A stretch of 64,000 nucleotides of DNA from Macrostomum lignano (Eukaryota), in NCBI GenBank assembly GCA_002269645.1, contig NIVC01002556.1, positions 69,204 through 133,203 of the forward strand, read 5' to 3'. Position 1 is the stretch's first letter. Every line of letters begins with the position of its first letter. Shown here one piece after another: positions 1 through 26,004 of the stretch. The position numbers were made by a program, and so were the translations under genes. A model generated the notes under the pieces. It had not been told where the DNA came from. It saw nothing but the letters and a program-made list of their open reading frames with translations, and searched no databases.

Positions 1-436
1 ATAAAGCTAGATAGCTATAATAATGCTAAATAGCTATATCTCTAATAATTCTCTATTTCTCCTTTCTCCCTATCTACTCCTTTGCATCCGCCCCTTCCTC
101 TGCATCCGCCCCTTCCTCTGCATCCGTCCCTTCCTCTGCATCCATCCTTTCCTCTTCATCTGCCCCTTCCTCTGCATCCATTCCTTCCTCTGCATCCACC
201 CCTTCTGCATCCATCCCTTCCTCTTTATCCGTGCCTTCTTCTGCATCTAACCCTTCCTCTGTATCTACCCCTTCTTCTGCATCCACCCCTTCCTCTGCAT
301 CCATCCCTTCCTCTGCATCTGCCCCTTCCTCTGCATCCATCCCTTCCTCTGCATCCACCCCTTCTGCATCCATCCCTTCCTCTTTATCCGTGCCTTCTTC
401 TGCATCTAACCCTTTCTCTGTATCTATCCCTTCTTC
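1..436 (-). repeat. Left-arm copy of the 18-bp GATGCAGAGGAAGGG(N3) array (DAEEGx-encoding) plus its 3' flank, truncated at 436
   Basis: Reverse complement of 51577-51994; homology stops abruptly at 436 where unrelated sequence begins. Confidence 0.92.
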
Positions 437-2639
437 CAATGCGCGAAGCGCATTGGGTGGTCTGGCTTGTGACGAATATAATAATATGAGACGTGTGCAT
501 CGAAAAAATGACAAGAAAAATCTCACAAAAACTGCTGTAACTTCAAAACTACAAGTGCGAATTTCACAAGTGAGGTGTTATTTTAAAGAGAAGAATCTGA
601 TCTATTTAACGAGTATAGTTTTGTATGGATTCACTGCGGAGAAAAGGAACAGGCTTTAGTTGAAATGTTTGACTTAAGATTATGTCTTTACAAAAGTGCA
701 TTTCCTCATGCACATTAAAACTCGAGCTAAAAATGTTCGAGGGTTATAGGTGCGCCTTACTAAGATGCATAACATTATTGGGTTGTTTTTTTCAATTGTA
801 TCAAAAAGTTGGCACTTTGGTTGCAAAAAATGCAAAAATTGAAAATGTACTTTTACAGTTTTTTGCATTTTTTTCTATACTGCTAATAGTTAAGCATACA
901 TACTATGCACCAATTGATGCGCAATTCAAAGATACACAAGTGTGGAAGTTTTCAATTCTTAAACATTTGAAATCAGAAAGTTATCGACGAAAGACTAAAA
1001 ATCATGATCTCAAACTGATTTGAGGAAAAGTGCTCATTATAATTTTTGGAATATGGAAGAAACAATTCAACGCCGTCATCTAATTCCAAACTAACTGTAC
1101 TTTAAGGTACTGCGATGATTTTTTTATTGAAAGAGCGAAACCTGTTTAAATATTTGAAAAAATGGAAAAAAAGTACCTTTTTTCATAGAAATACACTCTT
1201 TTGACTGCTTAATCCGATTTCCAACAACAAAATAGTTGCTTTCCTGCTGGTGCAAACCGTTATTAGGGTGAATTTTCAAAATTGCATACTGTGCCAAAAG
1301 TAAACTGAAGCTTAATATTTATAAACATTAGAAACGGGACCACTAATGGGTATTTTACTTTGGTTACTTACTATGGACTAAACTGGCACTGGCAGAGACA
1401 GATTTGAGAGAAACTAATTGCTCCATTGTATTTGTATTTGGCTCCAGCGTTACAAATTACAATAGCTATTTCGGGGTCTAACCGGCTAAGTTATCAAAAA
1501 AGCTAGATACCAATCACCAGTTTCATCATCAGCTATACCTACCACGATTTTATAGTCACATGCAACAGTAATACCCTCCTTTAAAAGTTTTCAATATCTA
1601 AAATGATGTGTTAAATTTTATAAAATTTCATAAACAGTGAATTTTTAGCTGTTTACGTGCTGGTGGTTTGAACGTAGCTACTTTGTGCGAAAATACACTG
1701 TCATTAATACCGTACCTATTATTGTATTTATTGTATTGAAAGTTGATGTGTAAATTGTACTTTTCTATTTTTTTGTCATTCGTTATCGCACTCGGGCCGG
1801 CCTGCCTGCCTTGTGGGGTGTGGTGGCCTTGGCCACTTTCTCCCCCTTCTGCTAGGATCCAAAGCAAGCTTTCAAGTGTACATTTAATATTATCGATCGA
1901 TTATTTAAAACAAGCCTCTAGTGGCTGGTGTTGAGAGTGAGTGGCCTTGAGTGTACGCGAAAGCAAGAGGAAGCCCATGGGCGGACTATATGAACCTTCC
2001 TTTAGTGGAAAGTTGGGCCTTGTGCATTGCATAGTGTACGCTACACAAGACAGAAGGTAAAGAGAAAGAGAACGACAGGCTAGCCAATAGCGATAGCATG
2101 TGCTTCTTTCTCTCCAGTCCACTATGGTAGGGGGGGGGAGGGGGGTGTCAGACGGCCCAACTCTAACCCCCATACCCAAAACAGCGTACATGTAGAATAA
2201 GAAGGGATTGGGTCCAGATAAGTCTTCCCAAATGTACATGTATGTACAAAGACAAACACAGACAAGAAAAATGGCTCTAAAAACCATTGTTATTGTTACA
2301 CTGTGTGTCTATTTTTATTAACTTGACTTTGACTTGTCTTTACTCTAGCATGGTCAATGATAATTACTGTTACTTCATACCTAATTTACAATTAATTGCA
2401 TAAGATTAAGAAGGAATAATACAATCGAGGTCGAACCCATGATCACTTGACCCACCCACCCATGATCACTTCTGATTCTGACCTACATGTATCTACTATA
2501 TCCTGCCAGTTTCTCCAGTTTTATGGGTCTTGGTGTCGGTGATTCGAGCAATTCCATTACATTTTATCGGTGCAGTGCGTCTATTAATGCTTAGCTACTT
2601 GTATATGTGTTGCAGAACTTATGCTCGTAGTTTCCCTTC

Positions 2640-4040
2640 TAGGGATGTTGACCCCGGGAGTGCTCCCCGGGGAGCTTGTTGGGGAATACTCTCCGGGGAA
2701 TTTAACCGGGGACCCTGGGGAGAAAAAATATGAAAAAATGCATTTGTAACTTAATTTTTGCCATTAAAATAAGAAACTGATTCACAGAAGGCAGTGCTTA
2801 TCCCCACAGTACCGTAGGAATAATTTTTGTCTTATTCCAACGGTACCGTGCGAATAATTTTCTGCTTATCCGCACGGCACACTGACGAGATAGCTGCCCT
2901 ATCTTCTACATTTGCCGTTACATGGGAAGTTTAGTACATACGATTTGAGTGCAGTATAACAACATAACTTGGCTTGAACATTTGTTCTAAAGAAATAAAG
3001 ATTTAACGACTTTTCTATGAGCAAGAATTTTTTTGTGTAGTAACACGCATTTACACATGCATATACTAGTCTAGAACTGATTCGAGTTTATACATCAAGA
3101 TCAACAGCTTCTTAGTATCCTCAGTACAAATTCCCTTTCAATAAGCTATAAACTATTCACGCACAGCATATATATGTAGCAGATAGGGCAGCTAGTAAAG
3201 CAGAGGGAATAAAACAGGACGTGTAGGGCAGCTATCTTGTCAGTGTGCCGTGCGGATAAGCAGAAATTATTCGCACGGCATATGTAGAAGATAGGGCAGC
3301 TATCTCGTCAGTGTGCCGTGCGGATAAGCAGAAAATTATTCGCACGGTACCGTTGGAATAAGACAAAAATTATTCCTACGGTACCATGGGGATAAGCACT
3401 GCCTTCACAGAAAGCTGATTGAAACTCTGTCTATGCTCTTTTACCGCATAATTGCTTATTTCAATGCATTACACGTATTTGAAACACAACACACGTTTGA
3501 TTGTTTTTTCACTAATAAGTCATTCAATCAAGCAAATTGCACGTAGAAAAGAAACCCGTCAGGAAAAAGAAGCCTTACTGACTAGTGACTGCTGTGTTGG
3601 TCTGCGTTGACGGCTTGACGCAGGCGCAGCGCTGCGTCATGCGTCAGGCACTGACGCATAGGGGGGTGTCATACATATACTCCCTATTAGACAAGGACAA
3701 AATGGTGATTTACATATATATGCAAGAAATAAAATTCCGATTATAAAAACAGTCTCATTCATTAATTATCCTCTCACGAGCGTAGCTGTTTAGCATGCAT
3801 TCCAACAAATGCACTTTTCCGATAAAGGTGCGCGCACGATTTCGTGATGCCACATTGTCAAATACAGTTTAAAAAAACATTGTTTAAAATTTTTACCCCT
3901 GCGCCTTGAACATGTAGTACAAAGCTTAAATCAAAGTTTAAAAAATTCCACTTACAATCTAAGTGATCCGCCGTTTTTACTTATTTTTTCTTTTCACCGG
4001 GGTCCCCGATAAGATAATTCCCTGGGAATCGACATCCCTA
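2640..4040. mobile_element. Non-autonomous hAT-like DNA transposon
   Basis: Termini TAGGGATGTTGA at 2640 and TCGACATCCCTA ending at 4040. The 8-mer TTCCCTTC flanks both sides (2632-2639 and 4042-4049, one-base offset). No coding capacity seen. Confidence 0.7.
2790..3403. mobile_element. Mutator-like (MULE) MITE nested in the hAT-like element
   Basis: TIRs of roughly 120 bp starting GGCAGTGCTTATCCCC and ending GGGGATAAGCACTGCC; perfect 9-bp TSD TTCACAGAA at 2781-2789 and 3404-3412. Confidence 0.88.
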
Positions 4041-4845
4041 ATTCCCTTCCTATAAATCATTTGACGTTAGAGACATTTTACAACTCTCGCCCTACTTTAT
4101 CTATTAGGCTAACTTTATGTATGACACGACACAAAATATTAGGAGCATCAGCGTTAATAATGCCTTGAAAGTCTTTAAATAATCGATACAACACTAGGTA
4201 TTATAAAATTCCAACCCCAAAGCTCACTGGGGCGAAAAGACTTTGTCTTCATTAACTAGTTAAAATAAATTAAATAAATGCATACATAACGTCGACATAG
4301 CCATCATAACGACATAAGATAACCTCAAACCGAAGAAGTACACTGACGCGTCGTTCCATCTTACGACATTGCCTTTAAATTATACTTGTTTTTTTCTTAC
4401 TAGAACTCTAAATTTCAAAAAAGGAAACTTTCCAGAAGCACGCTTTCTCAATTAGAACTTTTCGAAGTGCAATAATAAATAATAATAGAACTTGTTTTTA
4501 AAGTAATTGCTAAATAATTGCTTTTTACGAAGTTTAAAAAAATCAAAAGTTTCTCTCTTTATTTGCAAAAGAAACTCTAATTCTGTTTATTTTGCTCTTT
4601 ACAGACCTTTTTTAGCATAGATGACTGATATTACACAGTAAATTTTAAAAAATACTGAAACGTTTGTTTGTTGCTTTAAAAATTCAAATGTGCCGGACTG
4701 ACTGAAAGCGGAGCGGCGAATCAAATAAGGAAAAGAGGCCTATTTAATTCAGCCTATTGTATGTTAATGAAGACGTCGCACTAAAATCTAAATACATAGG
4801 TTCTCTATTTTTGCCCTACTTTAACACTTGTATTCAACAATTGAA

Positions 4846-14043
<9,198 letters not shown>

Positions 14044-15813
14044 GCGATCAGGACGAGCCCAAGACTCGCACGCTGCAGGCCAAGTCCCACACTGAGCCTG
14101 CTTTCACCGCTTGAACCTAAACTCATCTGCCGATTTGCCCTATGAGCTACGATTTTTATGGATGGGCAATTTTTCGTCACGGATAGAAATAAGTGAAAAC
14201 ACTAGCCCTGTGCTTTGTATTAGTGATTGCATCACATAAATATTGTCGTTTCCGATCATTGCCTTTCCGCTCGCACCAATTTTCTGGCTGAATTTTCATA
14301 TTCCCCATTTGAATTGTTTTCAATTCGTGGTAGCAGCCAGATCTGAATCGTGTCATTATCATACCTTAATTCCACTATAACTCTAATCTTATCAGACATT
14401 TGCACCGCTTACACATCCAACTACTTGGTAATTTTTATTTTCAGTTATATAAAATTTACCGGTTATTTTCTAACTGTTTGCCAGCAAATATAGAAACGCT
14501 TTTTCTTTGATTGGTCCTGTTTTACAACTCTTTGAGTATCAAAATAGCAGTTGTTTGCTTAAGCAGCCTGTATCACATTGTTCCGAATTCTTTTTGGTAT
14601 GTTTTCTCACGAATAATAGCTGCCAGGTTTTTATTCTAATTCTTAACGAGAAAACCATGCACAGCAAGCAGTGGTCACGTTGAAACTTCAAAGACACCTG
14701 ACTTGGCCCGCTAGGAGCATCCTGACGTTCCTGTGGGAGGCTGTCCTGCGGGATTCGGCTAAGCGAGAGGCTGTGGTCGGGGCCGAGGAGCGCGATGTTG
14801 TCAGCATAGATCATTTTTACCCGTAGGTATGACTTCGGGAATATTACTGATGAAGATTAAAATGCCCTCAGCATAGGGAGTGAGTAGTTTTTATGAAGGG
14901 GCCTTTAGGACAGAATTCTTCACTGCCTGCATAGCGCCATTTATTGTATCTGTATTATTCGCAAAGAATCGACAACAAGAGGTGACTTGTTAGAGAATTC
15001 CAGCATAATACTTTTACCTGCTACCTTCTAAATCACCGATCAACCACTTTCAGGACATTTTTTCACAGCCACCAAAACACTATTAGTTCCATATTGTTAC
15101 CAGAGCAGGGTCCTCACTCCTTACCCTCTAAAATTACAATAAAAAGTTCCCAGTTCTCTCACCAGGTTTCTATTATAAACAGCACGACCCTAATTACAAA
15201 TCCAAATGCATCCAGTTCATGCAAAAATTCTGGCTCCAAGTAGAAAATAACGTTTCAAATATTAATCAGGCTCTCGCTCAAATCCCACAGTTTTCAACAG
15301 CATGAATTAATAAATAATGACAATGACAGCTACTATAACTGATAAAATTATAAGGCAGCTTCTGTCTTTACCAAGTGTAAGAACACTTGGTCCTATTACT
15401 TAAAAATATCCCTCTACTCGGAAATTCCGGGTCTGGCGTCCATGGCTGCCAGCTTGATTGAAGCTGATGCATTGATGAGGCGAGTCGATTGAAGACGATT
15501 CGACAACAGTGAATTTAAAAACAAACTAGCCTATTGTCTTGAACTGTTCTGATTAGTGATTATCCACTTCGTTAGATATTTAGGTTCTTGTTTATTTTTT
15601 AGAAAGCCAATCAATGACCGGTCATTAATTTGAAGTGACATTTCAAACAATGGTTCCCGAAATACTGGCTACAGAAAACCTGGCTTACAATGAAAGTGTT
15701 TTCGCACTTGCAGTGTTGATTGAGGCGGGCTGCACGCTATTAATCTGTAGAGTTAATCAATTTTTACGCTTCTGTTTGTGCTATGGAACCTGCGACCTAT
15801 CCAGTTTTCACAG

Positions 15814-17530
15814 TCATAGCGCGCGGCTGTGCACAACTAGCCTGTGATCTGCCGGTGCTCTCACGATGCCGTCGTGTCCCAGAAGGATATCCTCTCGCTT
15901 CAGTTTGCAGTCCTCATTCGGTTCGAAACGAAACTTTTGCAGCAGAGGGACAAAGAAGAGGAACAGCTCCATCCGAGCCAGTGTCTCTCCCAAGCAGGAG
16001 CGTTTGCCGACGCTGAAAGGAATGAGGTACTCAGAGGGCTTGTACGTTCCGGTCTCTAGGTCCAGAAATCGATTGATGTTGAACTCGTGCGGCTCCGGGA
16101 ATAGCTCCGGGTCCATATGAACTGAGTACAGATTGGGCAGTACTATGCTGTCGGGCGAAACGGGCAGTCCGTCAAAGTCAACTTCCTTAACGGGTAAACA
16201 TAAGAGAAGATGGTCAGTTTCGCAAAATAAAAACTTGACGCATTCGCTTTGAAAGTGCTAAAGCTTTCTCACCTTTGCAGCTCGGTGCTCAACGCTCATA
16301 GGCACCAGGTTCGCCATCCGCTGAGTTTCATCCAGAAACGCCTGTACCTTGTGCAAACTCCGCTTATCTTTCATGCTGACCTCGCGGTCACCAATGACTG
16401 TGCTGATCTCGATGTGGCAGGCCTCCTGAAGCTCTGGGTGAAAGCAGCAGTATAGCAGCGCCCAGCGCAATGTAGTGGCGGTCGTGTCGCTACCGGCAAC
16501 GTACAAGTCAGATACAGTCCGTATCAGCTGTCGGTTGTCAAAGCTACCGACATCGCCCTCCCCGGAAGCCTGCCGCATCCGCTGCTCTCGAAGATAAGCC
16601 TCAACAAAGCAAATAGGCTCGCTTGACTTATCGTAGTTGCGGCTAATATCCTGAATCTTATCCCAGCAGTAGTCCATAACCCATCGCTCGCTCTGCAAGA
16701 TGCGATTGCTGCTTGGTGAAAGCGATGTAAGCGAAATCGGCAGCTGGGGAAAGAAGACCATGAGTACAGTATCCAGTCCAGCTTGCGTCAAGGCCTTCGT
16801 GTGCTCCAGAAATTCCTCTAGCTTGGGGTCCTCGTAACCGCTTCGTTCAGCGAACACAAGACCTGCTATTACATTGACTACGGCCTTAGTGATGTGAGCT
16901 GAAAGAATTTTTTGTCATCAGATTTATATACTCGGCACTAGTATTGTTGGTACGAAATATTACAAGGCCATGCAGATAACCGGCAACATGTACAATATAC
17001 GAGTATATAGTATTCTCACACTTTACATCCGTCTCCTGTCCATTATAGTCGCTGAGGTGTCTGGCGAGTTCCTGTGCCTCAGTCTGGATCTGTTGCTCCG
17101 AGAGGCTCCTGCCTAGACCGAAGTCACGCAAAACCCGAAGAGCAAAACGGCGCTGATCCTGCCAAAGTGGGCCCTCTGAGAAGAGAAGGCCGCGGCCCTC
17201 GGCTACGATCTGGTAGAAGGGATGATTCGGTCGCTGTGAGAACATGTCGGCTCGATCTACAAATGAGGCTTTGATCTTGTTGTAGCCGGAGATCACAACA
17301 AACTCCTGCGTGCCGATCACAAGCGAGATGACCTCGCCGTAGGCCTTGCGCATTTCATCGACAAAGAGGTACCAACGAAATTGTCGATCAGTGACAGCTC
17401 TGTACATCATATAGGGCAGGCTGCCCAGTATCGGCAGACCGATCGGACCCCGACGTTTCAGCCGCCGAATCAGATGGCGGCTCAGCAGAGCGGCCAGCAG
17501 CCCAACTATCACTGTAATGACGAGAGTCAT
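15814..17530 (-). CDS. Cytochrome P450, clan 2 (CYP2-like), left copy; complement(join(15814..16185,16273..16898,17020..17530)), 502 aa
   Basis: N-terminal TM anchor, GPIGLPILG proline motif, WQDQRRF (WxxxR), AGSDTT I-helix, ETQR (ExxR) and heme motif FSVGKRSCLG; GT-AG introns in phase. Confidence 0.95.
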
Positions 17531-17565
17531 GGCCAATTAATGCTACTCGGTTAGTTACTCGGTTA

Positions 17566-18323
17566 ACTAACTAACTAAAATAAGTAAAATCGGCGCCTCA
17601 GCCAAATGAATAGGCTCTTACGCCTCTAAGATAAATTAGTTTCCATATTAAGAGTGTACTCAGGTACACTAGTCTTCTAAATTAGGCTATAGGAGACTGT
17701 GACCAATCAAGCCGAGCAGGCGACACCAGTCGGGCTGAGGGGGGGGGGCTACCCCCAGCTGTCGGGGCGTCACACCTACTCCAGACACAATACTAAACCC
17801 CCCCCCCCGGGGCCAGCGAGGGTTCAGCGAACCAGTGAGGGAAGCCCGTGCCTTCTCCGGGTCAGTAGTGCCAAAAAATTGGTCATTTGACCAATGCCCC
17901 CACGGCCGTGGCTACCAGCCTGGGACTGCCCCCCCCCACTAACCCCGGGTACTCTTTGCCAAGACAGTCTCTTATCTTTGAAGCGGCAGGAGGGCTAATC
18001 GCCGGGACTATTTCACCCTTTGCTTCGCCAACCCGCCATTTTTATGGTTGCCGTGCCAACGGCCTCGTCCTGCTCAGACTCAGTCCTGGTTTTGGCACAC
18101 TCCAGCTTAAAGCTAGCCGTTCACCAGAGGACACTCCGAGGGAGACCGTCAGAGCATCAACTGGAACCGAGTATAGGCCTGCCTTCCTATACAGCTACCC
18201 ACAGCCCTTCCTGATCGACTATTACCCTCTAACCCAGCCTACTAACTCATTACAAGCTTTCAGCCAGGCAGAGACAAGTGTCACATGGGTACTGCGGTTC
18301 GGCGTCTCTATGCGAGACAAAAC
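17566..18323 (-). mobile_element. Non-LTR retroposon (SINE or 5'-truncated LINE 3' end) with (TTAG)n tail, left copy
   Basis: Perfect 18-bp direct repeats CGGTTAGTTACTCGGTTA at 17548-17565 and 18324-18341; ACTAACTAACTA tail next to the first copy. Confidence 0.8.
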
Positions 18324-20234
18324 CGGTTAGTTACTCGGTTAGAAATTTACTCGGAAATCAGAAAACTTGGATCCAGCACTCGCAAATGCGTCATTTGCAT
18401 GATAGTGGACTCAACTTCGAACTCTAGCCTTCTCTAAGCCTGCTTTCCCTCCCTCGATTGTGTTGCTTTATCTGTGAGCACATGCATGCACAGTACTGTG
18501 CCGTATCTTGCGAATAGCTGGTTCTATTATCGCAATCTACAGTACTGTTGTACACTGTATGTACATGCTGCAGTGTATGCAAATAGCTATATTGATCAGT
18601 TCTTTGGACACAATTGTTTGCGCCTGTCGGTTCTGTGAATTTTACTGTTACACGTATTGATTCAGCTGACCTACATTTAAAATTAACTGTTGCGGAAAAA
18701 CTGCGCTGCACTTGACCTCATAGTGCTATCTTAAATTTATGGCAGTTATCGCATTAAAAAGTCGCCACCTTTGAGAGTGCGCACTAAATTCCAGCTCAGT
18801 ATTGACTTTTGAGTGACGCAATTTGCGCCACGCGACGCAGAGTTGAGCTGAGTGAGGAGGGATTGGGAAGAGCGGAGGACTCGAAGATTGGATGGATGGA
18901 TTAAAGCTTTCGCCAAGGTTTTCATTGTTTTTCAAGCATGTTTTAATATCAAAATGTTTATCCAAAGGTAATAATATGTACTCAGCAACACTGAAGAGTC
19001 GCCACTCTATGCGCCAGTGAGCGATTTCTCTTAGACTGTTCTGAACTAAAAGATGCGAGAAAATTGATCGGGGTAGTAGCGTCACTCGCAAAGATTGAGA
19101 GTCTTATAACCTGCACTCTCAAAAGTGGCGACCACAGACGGAATCTTCTCTGATGGCGACTTTTCGATGTTGTTGAGTACCAGTATATGTACCTGAGCTA
19201 GGTGATTAGACGCTGGACGAAAGACACTGCTCACTGGGCCAAAGGGTGGCTATACTTTTCAATGTTGCTGAGTATATGAGTATGTATATTACATTACATG
19301 TACGCTTGTATCCTGACGTTATGTAATGACGCTAAACATATGTAAAGGTCAATTTTGTCGACATGTCACTTTCAATGATCGGTGGTCAATAAAGCATCAA
19401 TCAACTGAACCTAATTAAAACACATTCACACTTTGTAAAAATCACTCTGATCTATGGTATTTACATGGCGTCTACAGCGTTAGCTATTGAGAAACAATAA
19501 AATGGTCTCCGAGAGAAGGGAATTGCAATTTCGTCTCGGGCGGTCCAAGCTAGCATCGTGTTAGTAAAAAGCGATCAGCTGCATATAGTAAAGTTCAAAA
19601 CAAGGACTACTTAAGTAGACGTTACTTTTGTCGTCCTTGATTTAAAACTGTACGTATTTGCAGAGCTGCAGGACAGTCGGTTGTTAGAGAGCGAGTTTAA
19701 GATCACGTGTTCTGAATTTCATACAATGAAAAGTATAGGTGCATGTACTGTAGTCTTATACATGTATATACAATACATAACGTGTACATGCATGTCAGAG
19801 CGCCCCTGCCGAAATGTATAGACCTTGAACTAACAAGTCAACAACCAGTTTTATTGTATTGTTCTGCACCGCGGCTGAATTTGATGTTGAATTGACGTCT
19901 CTAAGTTATCATTTACATGCATTCAGCCTAACATTAAACTACATATTCATTGCAATCTGGTTCTATAAGGCCGAGCAGTTCGTGTGGAATTCTCTCTACC
20001 ATCACGGCAGCCAGCAGCAGTTCGATCAAAGCCTAATTTCAACTGTTCTTCCGTAGCTCTGAGAAATTAATTATCGGTTAAATACGGTGGTAGCCGCTTC
20101 CCGCTACTTATAGTAGTATGATAGCTAACTTAACGTTTAATTAGTCTAACCAACCCGCGGAGTCTATGAAGGCCACGCTAGACAAGTACAAGTACTCGTT
20201 TACTCAGCAACCAGCTAAAGCCCCCCCCTCTCTC

Positions 20235-20555
20235 ACTCACGCTGCCACACGGCCCAAAATGTTGCATCCCATTACGTGATTCAGAAATGTGCGAAGACAT
20301 AAACTGCGAGGGGTTGCGCAACCCCACATTAAACAGGCCGTCGAAGTCTCCGGACATGAACCCCATCGAGCATGTTTTCGTAAAGCGAAGAGTTCGGCAG
20401 GGTGCCTCGCAGAATGCTGAACAGTTGTGACTGGCGGTTCTGAATGCCCAGCAGCAGCTACCTAAAGTTCATTACCCGGCTGGTGATCAGTGATCAGGAT
20501 GCCACGATGAGTTATGGCATTTTTGCATGCTCGTGGTTCCTACACACGACAATGA
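20235..20555 (+). pseudogene. Tc1/mariner transposase C-terminal relic (mirror copy about 27218-27538, minus strand)
   Basis: RPSKSPDMNPIEHVF matches the Tc1 WPxxSPDLNPIE motif; the end resembles the MPRR..V..ARGGxTRY terminus, with stops and frameshifts. Confidence 0.75.
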
Positions 20556-20974
20556 AGCGAGCAACCTCAGAGTCAACAAGGGCGCAGCAGAGCTCTTAGT
20601 CGTTAAAAAGACGCCTGCTATGTAAAATAGGAAAGTTCTTGGTAATAATTTGCTGTTATAAGATTTTTTCTTCTATTAATTAATGCTTTTTCCATCCATT
20701 AATTCTTTACAACAAGCCAAGATTACTTACACCGTCTCCTACCACTGAAATTCGTGCGTAATTTTTATCAGTTTCTTTCTACGTGATGTTATGAAAATAC
20801 CAGTGACTTTAAATCTATACAAATTACTAACTTTGTTTATCTTTCGAACGTACGAGCAGTTTACTCGGAGTAACCTGTACCTGATATCCTGGAGCAGCAC
20901 AGGCGCTGAATGTCAGCTGCTGTATTTTCGGCTGGTGCCAGCAGAGCGGATTTTAGACAGAGTTGCATCGCCAT

Positions 20975-21778
20975 AGAATAGATAGAAAAGACACATAGGG
21001 TTATAGAATCCTAGCGCGCACGCGTTCGCGAAACAGCTCAGTGGGGCAGAGAGCAGTGTCACTCGGGGTCAGGTCAAGGTCGCTGAGGTCGTCAGTCAGA
21101 GTCTGGATCAGCGTGGCAGCACGGCCTTGGCCGCGTCGAAGCCGTTCTCGCGTTGGGTGAAGCAGCGCCATCGCGAGAGGGTTGGCTTCACCGCGACCGT
21201 GCCGTCGCAGAACGTGGCCGGCGAGGGTTTGTCGCCGCCGCCGCAGAATAACGCTGAGAGGCGGAGGGCCGGTGCGCCGGTCGAGATCGCGGTTCGAGAT
21301 GGTCTCGGGGAATCGGATGCCGAGTTTGTAGCAAAGAAGAGCCCTGTAGGTGCCGTTTCGCGCGTTTTTCCGGGGTGGTGGTCACCGGTACGGCTTCGAG
21401 TCCGTAGAGCAGGATCGGTTCGACTGTGGCGCGTAAAAGCTTGATCTTGAGGGCGTCAGGCGCTGCGGAGCTGAAGACAGGGCTGATCTTGACTGCAGCA
21501 CGCCAGGCTTGTGCTTTTCGGTCCATGATGATATCTTCAGGATTCAAGATCAGCGCGCCCAGGTAGAGGAAGTCTGGCAGGTTGAGATCGTTTCGCCGCT
21601 CGGCAGGCTCAGCTCGGGCGCGGTGCTGGTGCTGATGTGCATCACTTCGGTTTTTCTCACGTTGAAAATGAGGCCGACACGCGAAGCTTCCAGGCAGAGT
21701 CTGTCCAGGGCGCGCTGGGCCGCGAGCTCGTCCCTGCACACTAGAGCGATGTCATCGGCGTAAGCTAAGGCGGCGAGG
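20975..21778 (-). mobile_element. 5'-truncated RTE-like LINE 3' fragment, left copy
   Basis: Mirror of 26005-26807; encodes YADDIAL and RRQTLAGHVLR with frameshifts. Confidence 0.8.
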
Positions 21779-22625
<847 letters not shown>

Positions 22626-22810
22626 NNNNNNNNNNNNNNNNNNNNNNNNNNNNNNNNNNNNNNNNNNNNNNNNNNNNNNNNNNNNNNNNNNNNNNNNNNN
22701 NNNNNNNNNNNNNNNNNNNNNNNNNNNNNNNNNNNNNNNNNNNNNNNNNNNNNNNNNNNNNNNNNNNNNNNNNNNNNNNNNNNNNNNNNNNNNNNNNNNN
22801 NNNNNNNNNN
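22626..22810. other. Assembly gap (185 N)
   Basis: Run of N from 22626 to 22810. Confidence 1.
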
Positions 22811-23289
<479 letters not shown>

Positions 23290-23837
23290 TGAGCGGTGGT
23301 TATGAGAGCTCAGCTCAACCTCAAGCAGTAATTATCTCTGCTCGCTCGCTATTCTCAAGCCAGCACATTGCTTTGCCAGCCTTCCTGCAGAGGGCGAGCG
23401 CTGTCCAGTCTCTACGGTTTCCGGGGCAACCAGCAGTACTGTGCTCGGTCTGTTTTGAGTAATATGCTAGATGGAGTTGCATTCTAGCTAGGATTGTTTA
23501 TTGTCTGTGAGGCAGAAATACGGGTAGTTAGTTGGGTGGTTCGAGAGATCAGTAGAATGGGGTGATTACGAACTCAAAGCAGTTTTCTCTTTGCCAGCTT
23601 ATATCATGCCAGACTATCGTGCTGCGAGTGCTGAGCTGAATAGGCCGTTCCAGAGGAAGGTTGCGAGCGCATTGTGCATCGCGAGTGCTCTGCTTTAATA
23701 AATTTGCCTTAGGCGCTGCACTTAATTCTTTTGCTTCAGTGTCTGCAGCGGCAGGTCAGGACAGGATTTAGAAGCCGTGGTTTTTTAAAATCATAACCCG
23801 TCAGGATTATAGATTAAATGCATCTGCAGACCCTTAA

Positions 23838-26003
<2,166 letters not shown>

Positions 26004-26004
26004 C

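Noticed and set aside
14690-14960. Degenerate RT-like snippet (YADNIALL; mirror about 32810-33080)
   Set aside because: One weak motif, no frame continuity and no definable ends; probably an old LINE relic but not supportable.
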